Source: Fidelibacterota bacterium (lineage in GTDB: Bacteria > Fidelibacterota > Marinisomatia > Marinisomatales > JAHJCW01). Taken from it: DNA of 64,000 bases. The DNA lies in the NCBI GenBank assembly GCA_042564205.1, contig JBHPLN010000003.1:20290-84289 (forward strand), given 5' to 3'. The notes beneath the pieces were generated by a model, which worked only from the letters and a program-made list of their open reading frames with translations, was not told where the DNA came from and did not search any database. Within the stretch, counting starts at the first letter, position 1, and each line of letters begins with the position of its first letter. Positions 9,601 through 19,147 of the stretch are shown piece after piece. Position numbers and translations under genes: made by a program.

Positions 9601-10095
9601 CTATTTTTCTTTTGATTCTTCAGTTGCTACATCTTTAGGTGATTTCGATGCATCCACTTCTTCTAATTTATCTTCAGCTGGTTTTGCTTCAACTTTTTCT
9701 TCTTCTTGTGGCTTTAAATCTTGCGGTTTCTTTTTCTCTTTTAATTCAGCTGGCTTAACATCATCCGTTTGATCTTTTTCTGGTTGTGATACTGCAACAC
9801 TTTCAGATTTATCTTGCACTTCTTCAGCTACTTTTTCCGGAGTGGAATCAACACTAGCTTGTACCTCTTTCGTCATGTCTTGAATGTCAGCTTGTAAATG
9901 ATCAGCGGCTGATTCTATACGTTGTAAGGCAGCATCCAGGTTCTCTCCTCTCTCTAGCCGAACCATATTCTCCTTAAAACGCCAATGTCCTGTTTTTTCA
10001 GAGAGAACACTTTTAATATATTTGACGTATTTCCAATCTTGTTTGTCTTGCTTTTTTGATGCTTTATCGGCAAATGATAATTGTTTCTTAGCCAT
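9601..10095 (-). CDS. DUF4295/bL38-like protein with long charged C-terminal tail
   Basis: MAKK start and KYIKSVLSEKTGHWRFKENMV resemble the DUF4295 core as recalled; about 100 aa E/K/D-rich low-complexity tail; GGAG SD. Confidence 0.6.
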   Translation of the reverse strand: MAKKQLSFADKASKKQDKQDWKYVKYIKSVLSEKTGHWRFKENMVRLERGENLDAALQRIESAADHLQADIQDMTKEVQASVDSTPEKVAEEVQDKSESVAVSQPEKDQTDDVKPAELKEKKKPQDLKPQEEEKVEAKPAEDKLEEVDASKSPKDVATEESKEK

Positions 10096-10125
10096 TAAAT
10101 TAGAATCTCCTAAAAATTTTGCTGG

Positions 10126-10156
10126 CGAATTTAACGGTAATAGAACCTAACTCCAA
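10126..10156 (-). promoter_or_regulatory. Putative promoter (TTG-N20-TAAATTCG)
   Basis: Variant of the recurrent motif, 30 nt upstream of the ATG at 10095. Confidence 0.5.
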
Positions 10157-10190
10157 TGTCAAACCCAATTAATCTAACTAATTATTGCAA

Positions 10191-11366
10191 TTATATGAGT
10201 TGTAAAATAGATGCACAAATTAAAGCAGCATAAGTTCCAACCACATAACCAGCAATTCCTAGCATTACACCAACTGTTGCTAAAGCCGGATGAAAGGCTG
10301 AAGCAACGATTGGAGCGGAAGCTGCACCACCAATATTTGCTTGGGAACCAACAGCCATAAAGAATAAAGGTGCCTTTATGAGTTTCATAATGGTTAGCAT
10401 AATGATGACATGAATTATTATCCATGTCAACCCCATGGCAAACAGCGCTGGATATTCAACAACAGCTCGTAAATCAGCATTAGCACCAATTACACCAATC
10501 AGTAAATAAAGCATCACTGTCCCTAATTTGGAAGCACCCGCCCCCTCATAATTGCGAACTTTTGTAAATGAGAATATTACACCTACAGTAGTTATCAGAA
10601 TGACCTTCCAGGTTGTATGTGATATGACTGTCCCAATTTCAGGCAATAAATTACCAAGTAAATATGCGGCCCAAGCTCCTCCCATGGCCAGTGCTAGCAT
10701 AATCATGTAATCTGTTGTTGTGGCAACTCGATTAGTTTCTTCCTGAAATTGCACGACCCTATTCTTCAGCTCTTCGATCATTGTATTATCAGCTTTTAGC
10801 CAATTATCAATTCGCTTGTAGCGCCCCGCGAGAAAAAGTAAAACCCCCATCCAGATACTTGCTACGAGAACATCCACAACAACCATGGTTCCAAGCATTT
10901 GATCGGTTGCACCAACTGATTTACCTATGGCAATGAAATTTGCACCACCTCCAATCCAGGAACCTGCTAGAGCAGCCATCCCTTTCCAGATTTCAAGCGG
11001 TAGATAATCTTTAAAAAGGATAAGGGCGATCGGTCCGCCAATAACGATCCCAAAAGTTCCTGTCAGAAACATAATTACTGCCTTGCTTCCTAAGCGAATA
11101 ATACCGCGAATATCAACTGCCAGAGTCAATAAAAGTAGACTGGCTGGCAACACATAGGTTTTTATCTGTGAGTAGAGTGGTGCGCTTGAAGGAATAATCC
11201 CAAGTGTAGTTAGTATCGTAGGAATAAAATATGCAAATACAAGTGGTGGAATTATTTTGAATATTTTTCCATATTTTGGGTGACTATTAATGTAAAATAT
11301 TACTGCTGGTATGATTAATAATACTGCCAAAAGTCCAAACGAATTTTGTATCAGTGTTTGCTCCAT
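10191..11366 (-). CDS. DUF819-family multi-pass membrane protein
   Basis: About 11 hydrophobic segments; GSWIGGGANF and SQANIGGAASAP motifs. Confidence 0.85.
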   Translation of the reverse strand: MEQTLIQNSFGLLAVLLIIPAVIFYINSHPKYGKIFKIIPPLVFAYFIPTILTTLGIIPSSAPLYSQIKTYVLPASLLLLTLAVDIRGIIRLGSKAVIMFLTGTFGIVIGGPIALILFKDYLPLEIWKGMAALAGSWIGGGANFIAIGKSVGATDQMLGTMVVVDVLVASIWMGVLLFLAGRYKRIDNWLKADNTMIEELKNRVVQFQEETNRVATTTDYMIMLALAMGGAWAAYLLGNLLPEIGTVISHTTWKVILITTVGVIFSFTKVRNYEGAGASKLGTVMLYLLIGVIGANADLRAVVEYPALFAMGLTWIIIHVIIMLTIMKLIKAPLFFMAVGSQANIGGAASAPIVASAFHPALATVGVMLGIAGYVVGTYAALICASILQLI

Positions 11367-11423
11367 TCATTCCCCATTTTCAACATGCATGATTAATTAT
11401 TAAGTATTATCTCTGGTTTGACA

Positions 11424-12461
11424 TTAAGTGTTGTCATTTTTCGAGGCTTGCATTCGCTGGTGTTTGTCACGGGCGAATTTGCGCATATCAACAACTGAAT
11501 CATGTTCATCAACAATTTCGACTCCAAGAAGAGTTTCAATTGCATCCTCAAGAGTTATGATGCCTATTGTGCTGCCAAATTCGTCTGCCACCATAAATAT
11601 CTGTTGTCGACGTTTAACAAATTCATCAAGAATAGTAGCAACCGAATCAGTTTCCTGAACAGTATGAATTGGTTCCATTAATTCTTCCATCGATAGTGTG
11701 AAATGGTCTTCTGCTTGTTCCTTGACAATGTCATAACGGTGCACAAATCCAATCATATGATCTAATGACTCTTCATATATTGGTATACGAGAGAAAACCA
11801 AGGGTGAATATTTATCCATCACTTCTTCAACCGTATTTTCCTTATTCAAAGCAAATACAACTGAGCGAGGTGTTAAAACTGCCTCCGCTTTCACTTCCCG
11901 CAATTTCATTAGGTTTTCAATAATGTCACTTTCCTGCTCATGGAGAGTACCTTCTTCTTCTCCCAGTTCTGCCATGGCAATCATATCTTCACGGGTAACC
12001 TTTTGATCACTTGATTGTCGTCTAAGTAGATGACTCATAAATTCTGAAAATATCACAAATGGATAGGTTAAATAAATCAATACTCTAATTGTAAAAGCTG
12101 CCGGATTTGCCAAAGATTTCCAATAAACTGTACCAAGTGTTTTTGGAATAATCTCAGAAAAGATCAATATTGACAGAGTTAGCGCACCAGATGCAATAGC
12201 AACCCATTTATTACCATACATTAAAAGTGTTTCTGCCCCTACGCCAGCTGCTCCCACGGTATTCGCTATTGTATTAAGCGTAAGTATTGCAGCGAGGGGC
12301 CTACTTATATTTTGTTTATGTCGATCTAATATTTCGCCACTTTTTTTACCGTCCTTTTTAAGCTGACCAATATGCGCATGTGAAACAGAAAGAAGAATTG
12401 ATTCTAATATAGAACAAATAAATGAAACACTCAGTGCTAATAAGAAATATACCGCCAGCAT
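11424..12461 (-). CDS. CNNM/DUF21 plus CBS-pair protein (CorB/HlyC-like)
   Basis: AILTLNTIANT, IFSEIIPKT, TPRSVV, FSRIPIY, GIITLEDAIETLLG. Confidence 0.9.
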   Translation of the reverse strand: MLAVYFLLALSVSFICSILESILLSVSHAHIGQLKKDGKKSGEILDRHKQNISRPLAAILTLNTIANTVGAAGVGAETLLMYGNKWVAIASGALTLSILIFSEIIPKTLGTVYWKSLANPAAFTIRVLIYLTYPFVIFSEFMSHLLRRQSSDQKVTREDMIAMAELGEEEGTLHEQESDIIENLMKLREVKAEAVLTPRSVVFALNKENTVEEVMDKYSPLVFSRIPIYEESLDHMIGFVHRYDIVKEQAEDHFTLSMEELMEPIHTVQETDSVATILDEFVKRRQQIFMVADEFGSTIGIITLEDAIETLLGVEIVDEHDSVVDMRKFARDKHQRMQASKNDNT

Positions 12462-12712
12462 TTAAATCTGCTTTATTGTACTATTTTACTCATAATTAAA
12501 AATTTGTCCAGTCATTCTACATAATATAACACCATAATAATTTAAAACGGTTCAATATCTTGCTGTTATACAATTCTGAATGGTTTACACAACTACAGGC
12601 AAAAGATAAACCTATCTTTTTATAAAACCTGTAAAACTTCCCCGGCTAAACGAATTGCCGTCGTTTACAAATTTAGTGAGTCATTCGGTTATTAGCAGTG
12701 AATTACTCAATA

Positions 12713-13180
12713 TTATTCTTGATGAACATCAACTTCCATCTCAATAATATAACCGTCAGATATTTTTAACCAATTACCATTAGTTTGTTTTTCTTCTAGC
12801 CTGGTTGTTAATAATCGTTTATCATCTTGTTTTACCCAATCATGCATTATTCTATATTCTTTGTCAGCTTCAGCTGTAAATCCAATGATATAATCTTTAG
12901 ATCGTATTTTATTATATCGTTTTGTGTTAGTATCCAAGGTTTCATCTTCGTAATAAAAATGTAGTGTATGATTTCCGGGTAGTATCAAATTATTAGCTGA
13001 TTCAAGTGCTTTTTTGTTATCAATATATAAAACAATATTTTCAGGGCAATTGACGCAGGCTATTTCGCTTTTTAATCGCTCATCTCCTGGATACATTACA
13101 TTCAGGTTTGGACCGGATGTGCAACTGAATAAAACTACGATTATTACAATTAGAAGAAAAACAGATTGCTTTGTATACAT
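12713..13180 (-). CDS. Hypothetical lipoprotein
   Basis: Hydrophobic leader ending VLFSC; probable start MYTKQ at 13180 after a G-rich SD. Confidence 0.65.
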   Translation of the reverse strand: MYTKQSVFLLIVIIVVLFSCTSGPNLNVMYPGDERLKSEIACVNCPENIVLYIDNKKALESANNLILPGNHTLHFYYEDETLDTNTKRYNKIRSKDYIIGFTAEADKEYRIMHDWVKQDDKRLLTTRLEEKQTNGNWLKISDGYIIEMEVDVHQE

Positions 13181-13284
13181 AATACCCCCCCTTTCCTTGT
13201 TAATCCTCAAGAAACGGATAAATGATTATACTTTAGGAATGATCAAACATGCAAATTTCTAATACTTTGTTGGGGAATGTTATT

Positions 13285-13992
13285 TTAAATCAGTGGAAGA
13301 TCAACAAATACAATTTCGGAATCAGAAATCGAATCAACTACAATCTGCTCTTCATTAAAAATATAAACACCATCCCTTTCATTTACATCAGTTCCATTGA
13401 TCTTGAGTTTACCAGATGAAGGCACTAAATAAAGATGTCTATCAATGTCTATATTGTACGACACTTTCTCCCCTTTATTAAAAGCACCAGCATACAATGC
13501 TGCGTCTTGATAAATCTGTAATTTATCATTTTGCACATCAGCTTTTCTTCCGGAAGCTAATAAACTGAATGTCGTAGTGGCATTAGCAGGGAATGGTTTT
13601 GTATCCCAGCGTGGTTTAATATTCGGAACAGCTGTTTCTATCCAGATCTGGAATAATGTAGTGTCAACTTTCTCAAGATTATATTCACTGTGAATTATTC
13701 CACTTCCAGCAGACATAACCTGAATATTGCCAGCTAATGTCCGACCCTTGTTACCAAGATTGTCTCTATGCGTAATGGCTCCGGTCCTGATATAGGTTAT
13801 GATCTCCATATTTTGATGTGGGTGAAAAGGGAAACCGGTACCAGCCTTTATTGTATCATCATTCCATACAATAAGCGGTGGATATCCTAATCTTTCTGGA
13901 TCATAATAACTAGAAAAACTGAAATGGTGTCGGGCATTTAGCCAACCGTGATTTTGGTTACCTAAAGATTCAAATGGAATGATCTTAATCAT
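13285..13992 (-). CDS. Pirin-family protein (YhhW-like)
   Basis: GFPFHPHQNMEIITY, QVMSAGSGIIHSEYN, FQIWI. Confidence 0.93.
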   Translation of the reverse strand: MIKIIPFESLGNQNHGWLNARHHFSFSSYYDPERLGYPPLIVWNDDTIKAGTGFPFHPHQNMEIITYIRTGAITHRDNLGNKGRTLAGNIQVMSAGSGIIHSEYNLEKVDTTLFQIWIETAVPNIKPRWDTKPFPANATTTFSLLASGRKADVQNDKLQIYQDAALYAGAFNKGEKVSYNIDIDRHLYLVPSSGKLKINGTDVNERDGVYIFNEEQIVVDSISDSEIVFVDLPLI

Positions 13993-14142
13993 TTTTCCAT
14001 ACTACAACCTGTACGAAAGAATTATTGTTACGATAAATTCGATCAGGTTGTCTTAAATAACTAGGTCTATATCCTAAGGCTGCCATTGTTATTGTTTCAT
14101 ATCTTTAAATAATTAAACAATACAAATAAATAATTCTTACGG

Positions 14143-15369
14143 TTAACATACTTTTTCTAAGATATTAATTAATGAGCTTACTTCATCAAATGTATTATAA
14201 TGAACAAGACTTACGCGAATGACACCATTCTTTTTTTCTAAATTAAGATCATGAATAATCTTTTTTGCATAAAAATCTCCATATCTAATTCCAATTCTAT
14301 GATTATCAACCAGTTCTACTAATTCTGAACTACTACGATCGTTGTGTATGAAGGAAATAGTAGGTACCCTTCTCGCTCTGTCACATTGCTCTTCACCGAC
14401 AATTTTAAGTTTAGGATTATTGTTTATATATGTTAATAGTGGATCTGTAAGAGAATCTTCATATTCGGCAATCATACTAAAAATTTTTGAATATTTTTGT
14501 TTGTTATCGATTGTTGTATGCTCACGAAAATGATGATCATGCAAATCTTCAAAATACTCAATCACAGCAGATAGACTGTAAGCTAATTCATAATTATAAC
14601 TACCTGGTTGAAATTTTTCTGGTATATAATTTTTATCGAAAAAATAATGATTAATTCCATCTAATTGTGCTAATAGATCATATTTACCGTATAAAATGCT
14701 TATATGCGGACCATAAACTTTGTAGGCACTGAAAACATAAAAATCGGCGCCAAATGCCTGTACATCGATAAATCTATGGGGAGCATAGGCTACACCATCA
14801 ATACATAATAATGCGCCAGCACTGTGTACAATATCTGAAATCTCTTTTATGGGATTAATTGTCCCCAAAATATTTGATACGTGTGCCATTGCAACTAGTT
14901 TTGTTTTCTTTGTGATTAATTTCAACAAATCAGAAATATCCAATCGATACGTATCGGGATCAATTTTCCAGATCTTAATAATTATACCTTTTTTTTGAAG
15001 ATCCGTCCAACAAGAGATGTTAGCTTCATGATCAGAATTTGTTATTACAACTTCATCCCCTGGCTTCCACTTTCTACTTAGACAAATACTTAAAATTCTT
15101 AATAACATTGACGAAGAAGATCCGATCACAATTTCTTCTGTTCGACTTGAATTTATGTATTTTGATAATCTTTTTGTGGTGCTTCGAAGTCTTTCACTAG
15201 CCAGTTTTGATATTTCATAAGAAGCACCTAATTGTACATTAGTATTAATCAAATAATCATCAATTCTTGCTATCGCTGATCCTAATATTTGGGAACCACC
15301 AGCGTTGTCCATGAAAATGAAATTCTGATTTAGCCCAGGAAATTGTTTTCTCACAAATTTGATATCCAT
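14143..15369 (-). CDS. Class V PLP aminotransferase / cysteine desulfurase-like protein lacking the catalytic Cys
   Basis: DNAGGSQ, DHEAN, DGVAYAPH, FSAYKVYG; RYGDFYA where SufS has RxGHHCA. Confidence 0.85.
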   Translation of the reverse strand: MDIKFVRKQFPGLNQNFIFMDNAGGSQILGSAIARIDDYLINTNVQLGASYEISKLASERLRSTTKRLSKYINSSRTEEIVIGSSSSMLLRILSICLSRKWKPGDEVVITNSDHEANISCWTDLQKKGIIIKIWKIDPDTYRLDISDLLKLITKKTKLVAMAHVSNILGTINPIKEISDIVHSAGALLCIDGVAYAPHRFIDVQAFGADFYVFSAYKVYGPHISILYGKYDLLAQLDGINHYFFDKNYIPEKFQPGSYNYELAYSLSAVIEYFEDLHDHHFREHTTIDNKQKYSKIFSMIAEYEDSLTDPLLTYINNNPKLKIVGEEQCDRARRVPTISFIHNDRSSSELVELVDNHRIGIRYGDFYAKKIIHDLNLEKKNGVIRVSLVHYNTFDEVSSLINILEKVC

Positions 15370-15405
15370 AACTGGTAACTTTTTTATAACTGGGTTATTA
15401 TGTGA

Positions 15406-16971
15406 TCAGTTTTCAGCTAATGCTGGGAATAATTTTGGTAGATTTCGATGACTTGTAGCCTGCTCATATGCGTAACATATTTGAATCAGAGTGGCTTCAT
15501 CAAAAACTCTTCCTAAAAATTGAAGCCCTGCAGGGAGATCACCAGTTGTGAACCCCATTGGCACGGTGAAAGCGGGTTGTCCAGTATGAGGCGCTATTAT
15601 CTGACTGTTATCACCTTTATAGCCCTCATCATATTCTTTAGTTTTTGCCGGTGGATAATTCCATGATGGGTATATTAGTGCATCAACCCTCAAATCATTC
15701 ATTACATTTTCAATAGCTTCTCGAAATGCAATTCGTTTAGGATCAGTAAATGGTCCCTCACAAGGAATTTCCTTTTCTACTTCTCTCCCACTGTTCTCTA
15801 CAAACCACTTCAAGTCATCTGCGGCAAAATTAGAATATTTCCCCGTGGCAATAATATCCTCAAGAGTTGCTAACGAATCCGATTTAACATGTGTCGCCAG
15901 ATATACTTCAAGGTCTTTTTTAAATTCAGAGCACCATTGATCTTGGCTTAATTCATCGAAATTAGGGACTACAAATGGATCAATAATTTCTGCTCCCAAA
16001 TCTTTCAAAACTATAATTGATTTTTCGAATAATGTCGATATTTCCGGATGGTTATCGGAATCACTTAATTCTCTCAATATACCAATTTTCTTTCCATTCA
16101 AATTCTTTCCATTTAAAAATTTTATATAAGATTCTGGTTTTCGCCCTTCGCAATGTTTTGTTATTGGGTCATTAGGATCATATCCAGCTATTACATCAAG
16201 AATTCGCGTCGCATCTGCAACAGTACGACACATTGGTCCACCTACATCGTTACGTAAGTACAATGGAATAATTCCATCCCGACTTGTTAATCCAAGCGTT
16301 GATCGAAAACCAACCAGTGCATTGTGGGAAGAAGGACCTCTGATCGAATTACCAGTGTCGGTTCCTAATCCAATTGTACCGAAATTAGCTGCCACTGCAG
16401 CTCCTGTTCCTCCACTTGATCCAGCTGGGACATGGTCAAGATTATACGGATTCAAAGTTTCACCAGCTATTGAACTAATAGTATGTTTTGGACTGAAAGC
16501 CCATTCTGCCATATTGGATTTAGCAAGTATAATAGCTCCTGCTTCTTTTAATTTTTTTACTTGATAGGAATCTTTATCAGGTAAAAATCCCTTTAAAGCA
16601 GCAGAACCTCCAGTAGTCTGTAATCCTTTTGTATTATAATTATCCTTAACTATCATTGGAATTCCGTGTAGTGGACGTAATATTCCGGTTTCTTGAAATT
16701 CCGTATCTAATGCTATTGCAGTATTGATTGCTTTGGGATTAATTAAAACGATGCTGTTTAATTTAGTAGGTTGGTCATAAGCTGTAATTCGTTCAAGATA
16801 CATTGATGTCAATAATTCAGCATTTAATGATCCATTTTTATATAAATCATGAATATCAGCAATAGATAATTCCAATATATCGTTGTGATTAAATGAATCT
16901 TTTTGTTTGCAACTGATAGTCATAATCAGGAAAAGGATTGACAAAATTTGGAAAGTGCGAAATAATTTCAA
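15406..16971 (-). CDS. Amidase-signature family lipoprotein
   Basis: VKDN, GSSGG and GTDTGNSIRGP triad motifs; leader ending TISC. Confidence 0.9.
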   Translation of the reverse strand: MKLFRTFQILSILFLIMTISCKQKDSFNHNDILELSIADIHDLYKNGSLNAELLTSMYLERITAYDQPTKLNSIVLINPKAINTAIALDTEFQETGILRPLHGIPMIVKDNYNTKGLQTTGGSAALKGFLPDKDSYQVKKLKEAGAIILAKSNMAEWAFSPKHTISSIAGETLNPYNLDHVPAGSSGGTGAAVAANFGTIGLGTDTGNSIRGPSSHNALVGFRSTLGLTSRDGIIPLYLRNDVGGPMCRTVADATRILDVIAGYDPNDPITKHCEGRKPESYIKFLNGKNLNGKKIGILRELSDSDNHPEISTLFEKSIIVLKDLGAEIIDPFVVPNFDELSQDQWCSEFKKDLEVYLATHVKSDSLATLEDIIATGKYSNFAADDLKWFVENSGREVEKEIPCEGPFTDPKRIAFREAIENVMNDLRVDALIYPSWNYPPAKTKEYDEGYKGDNSQIIAPHTGQPAFTVPMGFTTGDLPAGLQFLGRVFDEATLIQICYAYEQATSHRNLPKLFPALAEN

Positions 16972-17006
16972 ATCAGTATTTCTAAATTTAGCAGTTAGAA
17001 ACTTGA

Positions 17007-17312
17007 TTAGCAGTGTCTCGAACCGGCTTTTTTCTTAGCTCCGCTACTACTACCGAAAAACATCATCGCCCCGAATATAAATCCAAAATTATACCAACCT
17101 CCATTATTGTGCACTTCATAAATGCTAACTTTATCCGTAAATAAAGAGATTATGAATGTGAAAAAGGCAATAAATCCATGCCACAATCCTAACCAAAACC
17201 CAGCAACTTCCCCTTCTAAAGCACTTGTGTTTGTTAATTCATTTGGACCTGCTGCGCAGCCAGTATATAAAAATATCACAATTATTATTAATAAAATGTG
17301 AGTTGCTTTCAT
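17007..17312 (-). CDS. Small hypothetical lipoprotein/membrane protein
   Basis: Lipobox-like YTGC; AGFWLGLWHG...IYEVHNNGGWYNFGF; GGAG SD. Confidence 0.75.
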   Translation of the reverse strand: MKATHILLIIIVIFLYTGCAAGPNELTNTSALEGEVAGFWLGLWHGFIAFFTFIISLFTDKVSIYEVHNNGGWYNFGFIFGAMMFFGSSSGAKKKAGSRHC

Positions 17313-17398
17313 CTTAACAATTCTCCTTCACAATAAATGGTTATTATAAATTACTAATAATAAACTAATTGTTCGACGGTAAATGAGTATCGAACATA

Positions 17399-18922
17399 TC
17401 ATTTTAAATATATTAGTTTTCCAGAATATATATTTCTGTCATCTTCGTAACTGTATAGATATAAACCTGCACTGACCGGAATTCCATTTGAATTTTTAGC
17501 ATCCCAAATTGCATGATGGCTACCAGTCGATTGCACCTCATCTACAACTGTATATATATCTCTTCCAAAAACATCAAAAATATTAATTCTCACAAATGAT
17601 ATATCGCTGAGATAATATCGAAATCGAATTGTTGAATTGAATGGATTTGGAGTCAGAATTAGTTCTGGATCGGCTAATTCTTTTTCTGAAATATTTAAGG
17701 TATACGCTGTCACAAAATCCGATTTGTTACTTTCATTTCCGGAACTGTCAACCGCAGTTACACCATAAAAATATTCAGTATGACTTGCTAATAATGTATC
17801 ATAAAAAACTGAATTCGGTTTTAAAACTGTACCGATCTTATAAGCCGGTTCAGTCGGAGTAAAATAATCTGAGCTTCTATATATGTTGTAGTGTTTTAGG
17901 TCAGATTCGATATTTTGTTCCCACTGCAATACTACTTTACCTAATTCTACACTTATACTAACAATTGTGGGAGTAACTGGTGTTTTTTTATCTTTTGGAA
18001 CTGCTAATTTAATAGCACTAGAATTACTAATATTTCCGGATAAATCCATTGCGGCAATCTTATAGTAAAAAGAATCACCATTTACTACCGCATAATCTGT
18101 ATAAACTGTATTTGACCATATCACATTTCTAAAGTATTTCGGCTCAACATTTTCTTTTTCGTTCTTAAAGAGCACATAACTCCCCATATCTGCTTCACTA
18201 TTTTGACTCCAGGTTAACCTGATAGATCGATCAAAACCAAGTGCAGAGAAATTAGTTGGTATTTCCGGCGCCTGAGTGTCTTCTATTGTTTTAATGGCTT
18301 GGAAAACTGCGTTAGCAATTACCTGGTATCCTATTTGATTGGGATGAATCTCATCAAGGTATAATTCTTCATGATCTCTAAAATGTTCATATAGTTTTAT
18401 TACTTTTGATCCTGTTTGAGATGCGATTGATGCAATCTTAGGAATTACTTCAGTTCTGAGAATAGTATCCCAAGCAAGATCATTTCTAATAGAGGGCGGA
18501 AAACACAAAATAAATTTGGAATAAGGATTTTTTAATAAAAATGATTCTATTAGTGCGATATAGTCGGATTCAAATTGATCACTAAAAATCCAGTTTTCGG
18601 GTCTGCTATCATTAGTACCAAACATAATTATTACAACATCGGGGAAAAATCCTAGAGCAAATTGATATGAAGGCTTATTCCAATATGGCGAATCGCTATT
18701 CTTTAATACTGTGGACGCAGAATAACCGAAATTTTTTACATTGTAATCGGAACCTAATAGGTTAGCAAGAACGCCAGGATAACTATCTTCTGCTGGATTT
18801 GTCAACCATGCACCAGCAGTAATACTGTTTCCTACACAGGCTACACGAATTTGTTGGGCTTGAATAATCGTAATGCCTGCTAATATTAAAATTTGAAACA
18901 AATTTTTATATTTAATTCTCAT
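17399..18922 (-). CDS. Secreted SGNH/GDSL esterase with two FN3 domains and FlgD/T9SS-like C-terminal domain
   Basis: GNSIT, GTNDS, DEIHPN; FN3-like YYKIAAMDLSGNIS and YGVTAVDSSGNES; PNPFN...WDAKNSNG...GLYLY...KLIYLK. Confidence 0.88.
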   Translation of the reverse strand: MRIKYKNLFQILILAGITIIQAQQIRVACVGNSITAGAWLTNPAEDSYPGVLANLLGSDYNVKNFGYSASTVLKNSDSPYWNKPSYQFALGFFPDVVIIMFGTNDSRPENWIFSDQFESDYIALIESFLLKNPYSKFILCFPPSIRNDLAWDTILRTEVIPKIASIASQTGSKVIKLYEHFRDHEELYLDEIHPNQIGYQVIANAVFQAIKTIEDTQAPEIPTNFSALGFDRSIRLTWSQNSEADMGSYVLFKNEKENVEPKYFRNVIWSNTVYTDYAVVNGDSFYYKIAAMDLSGNISNSSAIKLAVPKDKKTPVTPTIVSISVELGKVVLQWEQNIESDLKHYNIYRSSDYFTPTEPAYKIGTVLKPNSVFYDTLLASHTEYFYGVTAVDSSGNESNKSDFVTAYTLNISEKELADPELILTPNPFNSTIRFRYYLSDISFVRINIFDVFGRDIYTVVDEVQSTGSHHAIWDAKNSNGIPVSAGLYLYSYEDDRNIYSGKLIYLK

Positions 18923-19057
18923 AAGTTGTATTGATCATTCTATTCAGAATTTGACATACTATAACTAAATATAAAGAAGAATACTCATTCTTTTAAATAA
19001 ATCAATGGCGCATCTATTGCCTATTCTTCCTTCAAAATCGCAACTGCAGCAGTATAT

Positions 19058-19113
19058 TGGTTGTGTTTTGTCGTATTCTATCCACTAAATGAACAGACAC
19101 ACCTTTAGGGAGC
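19058..19113 (-). repeat. Eroded fifth copy of the tRNA-Leu-derived att-like repeat
   Basis: gaacagacacacctttagggagc resembles gaactgacacgccttttagggggc (24816-24839); tggttgtgttttgtcgt resembles tggttatgtattttgtcgt (56534-56552); central core missing. Confidence 0.45.
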
Positions 19114-19147
19114 CGCTATTATTAACGCGTTTTCAATTTTAATGGGG

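Noticed and set aside
15406-16971. gatA call for the amidase
   Set aside because: Has a lipoprotein leader, no gatB/gatC neighbours, and glnS is present.
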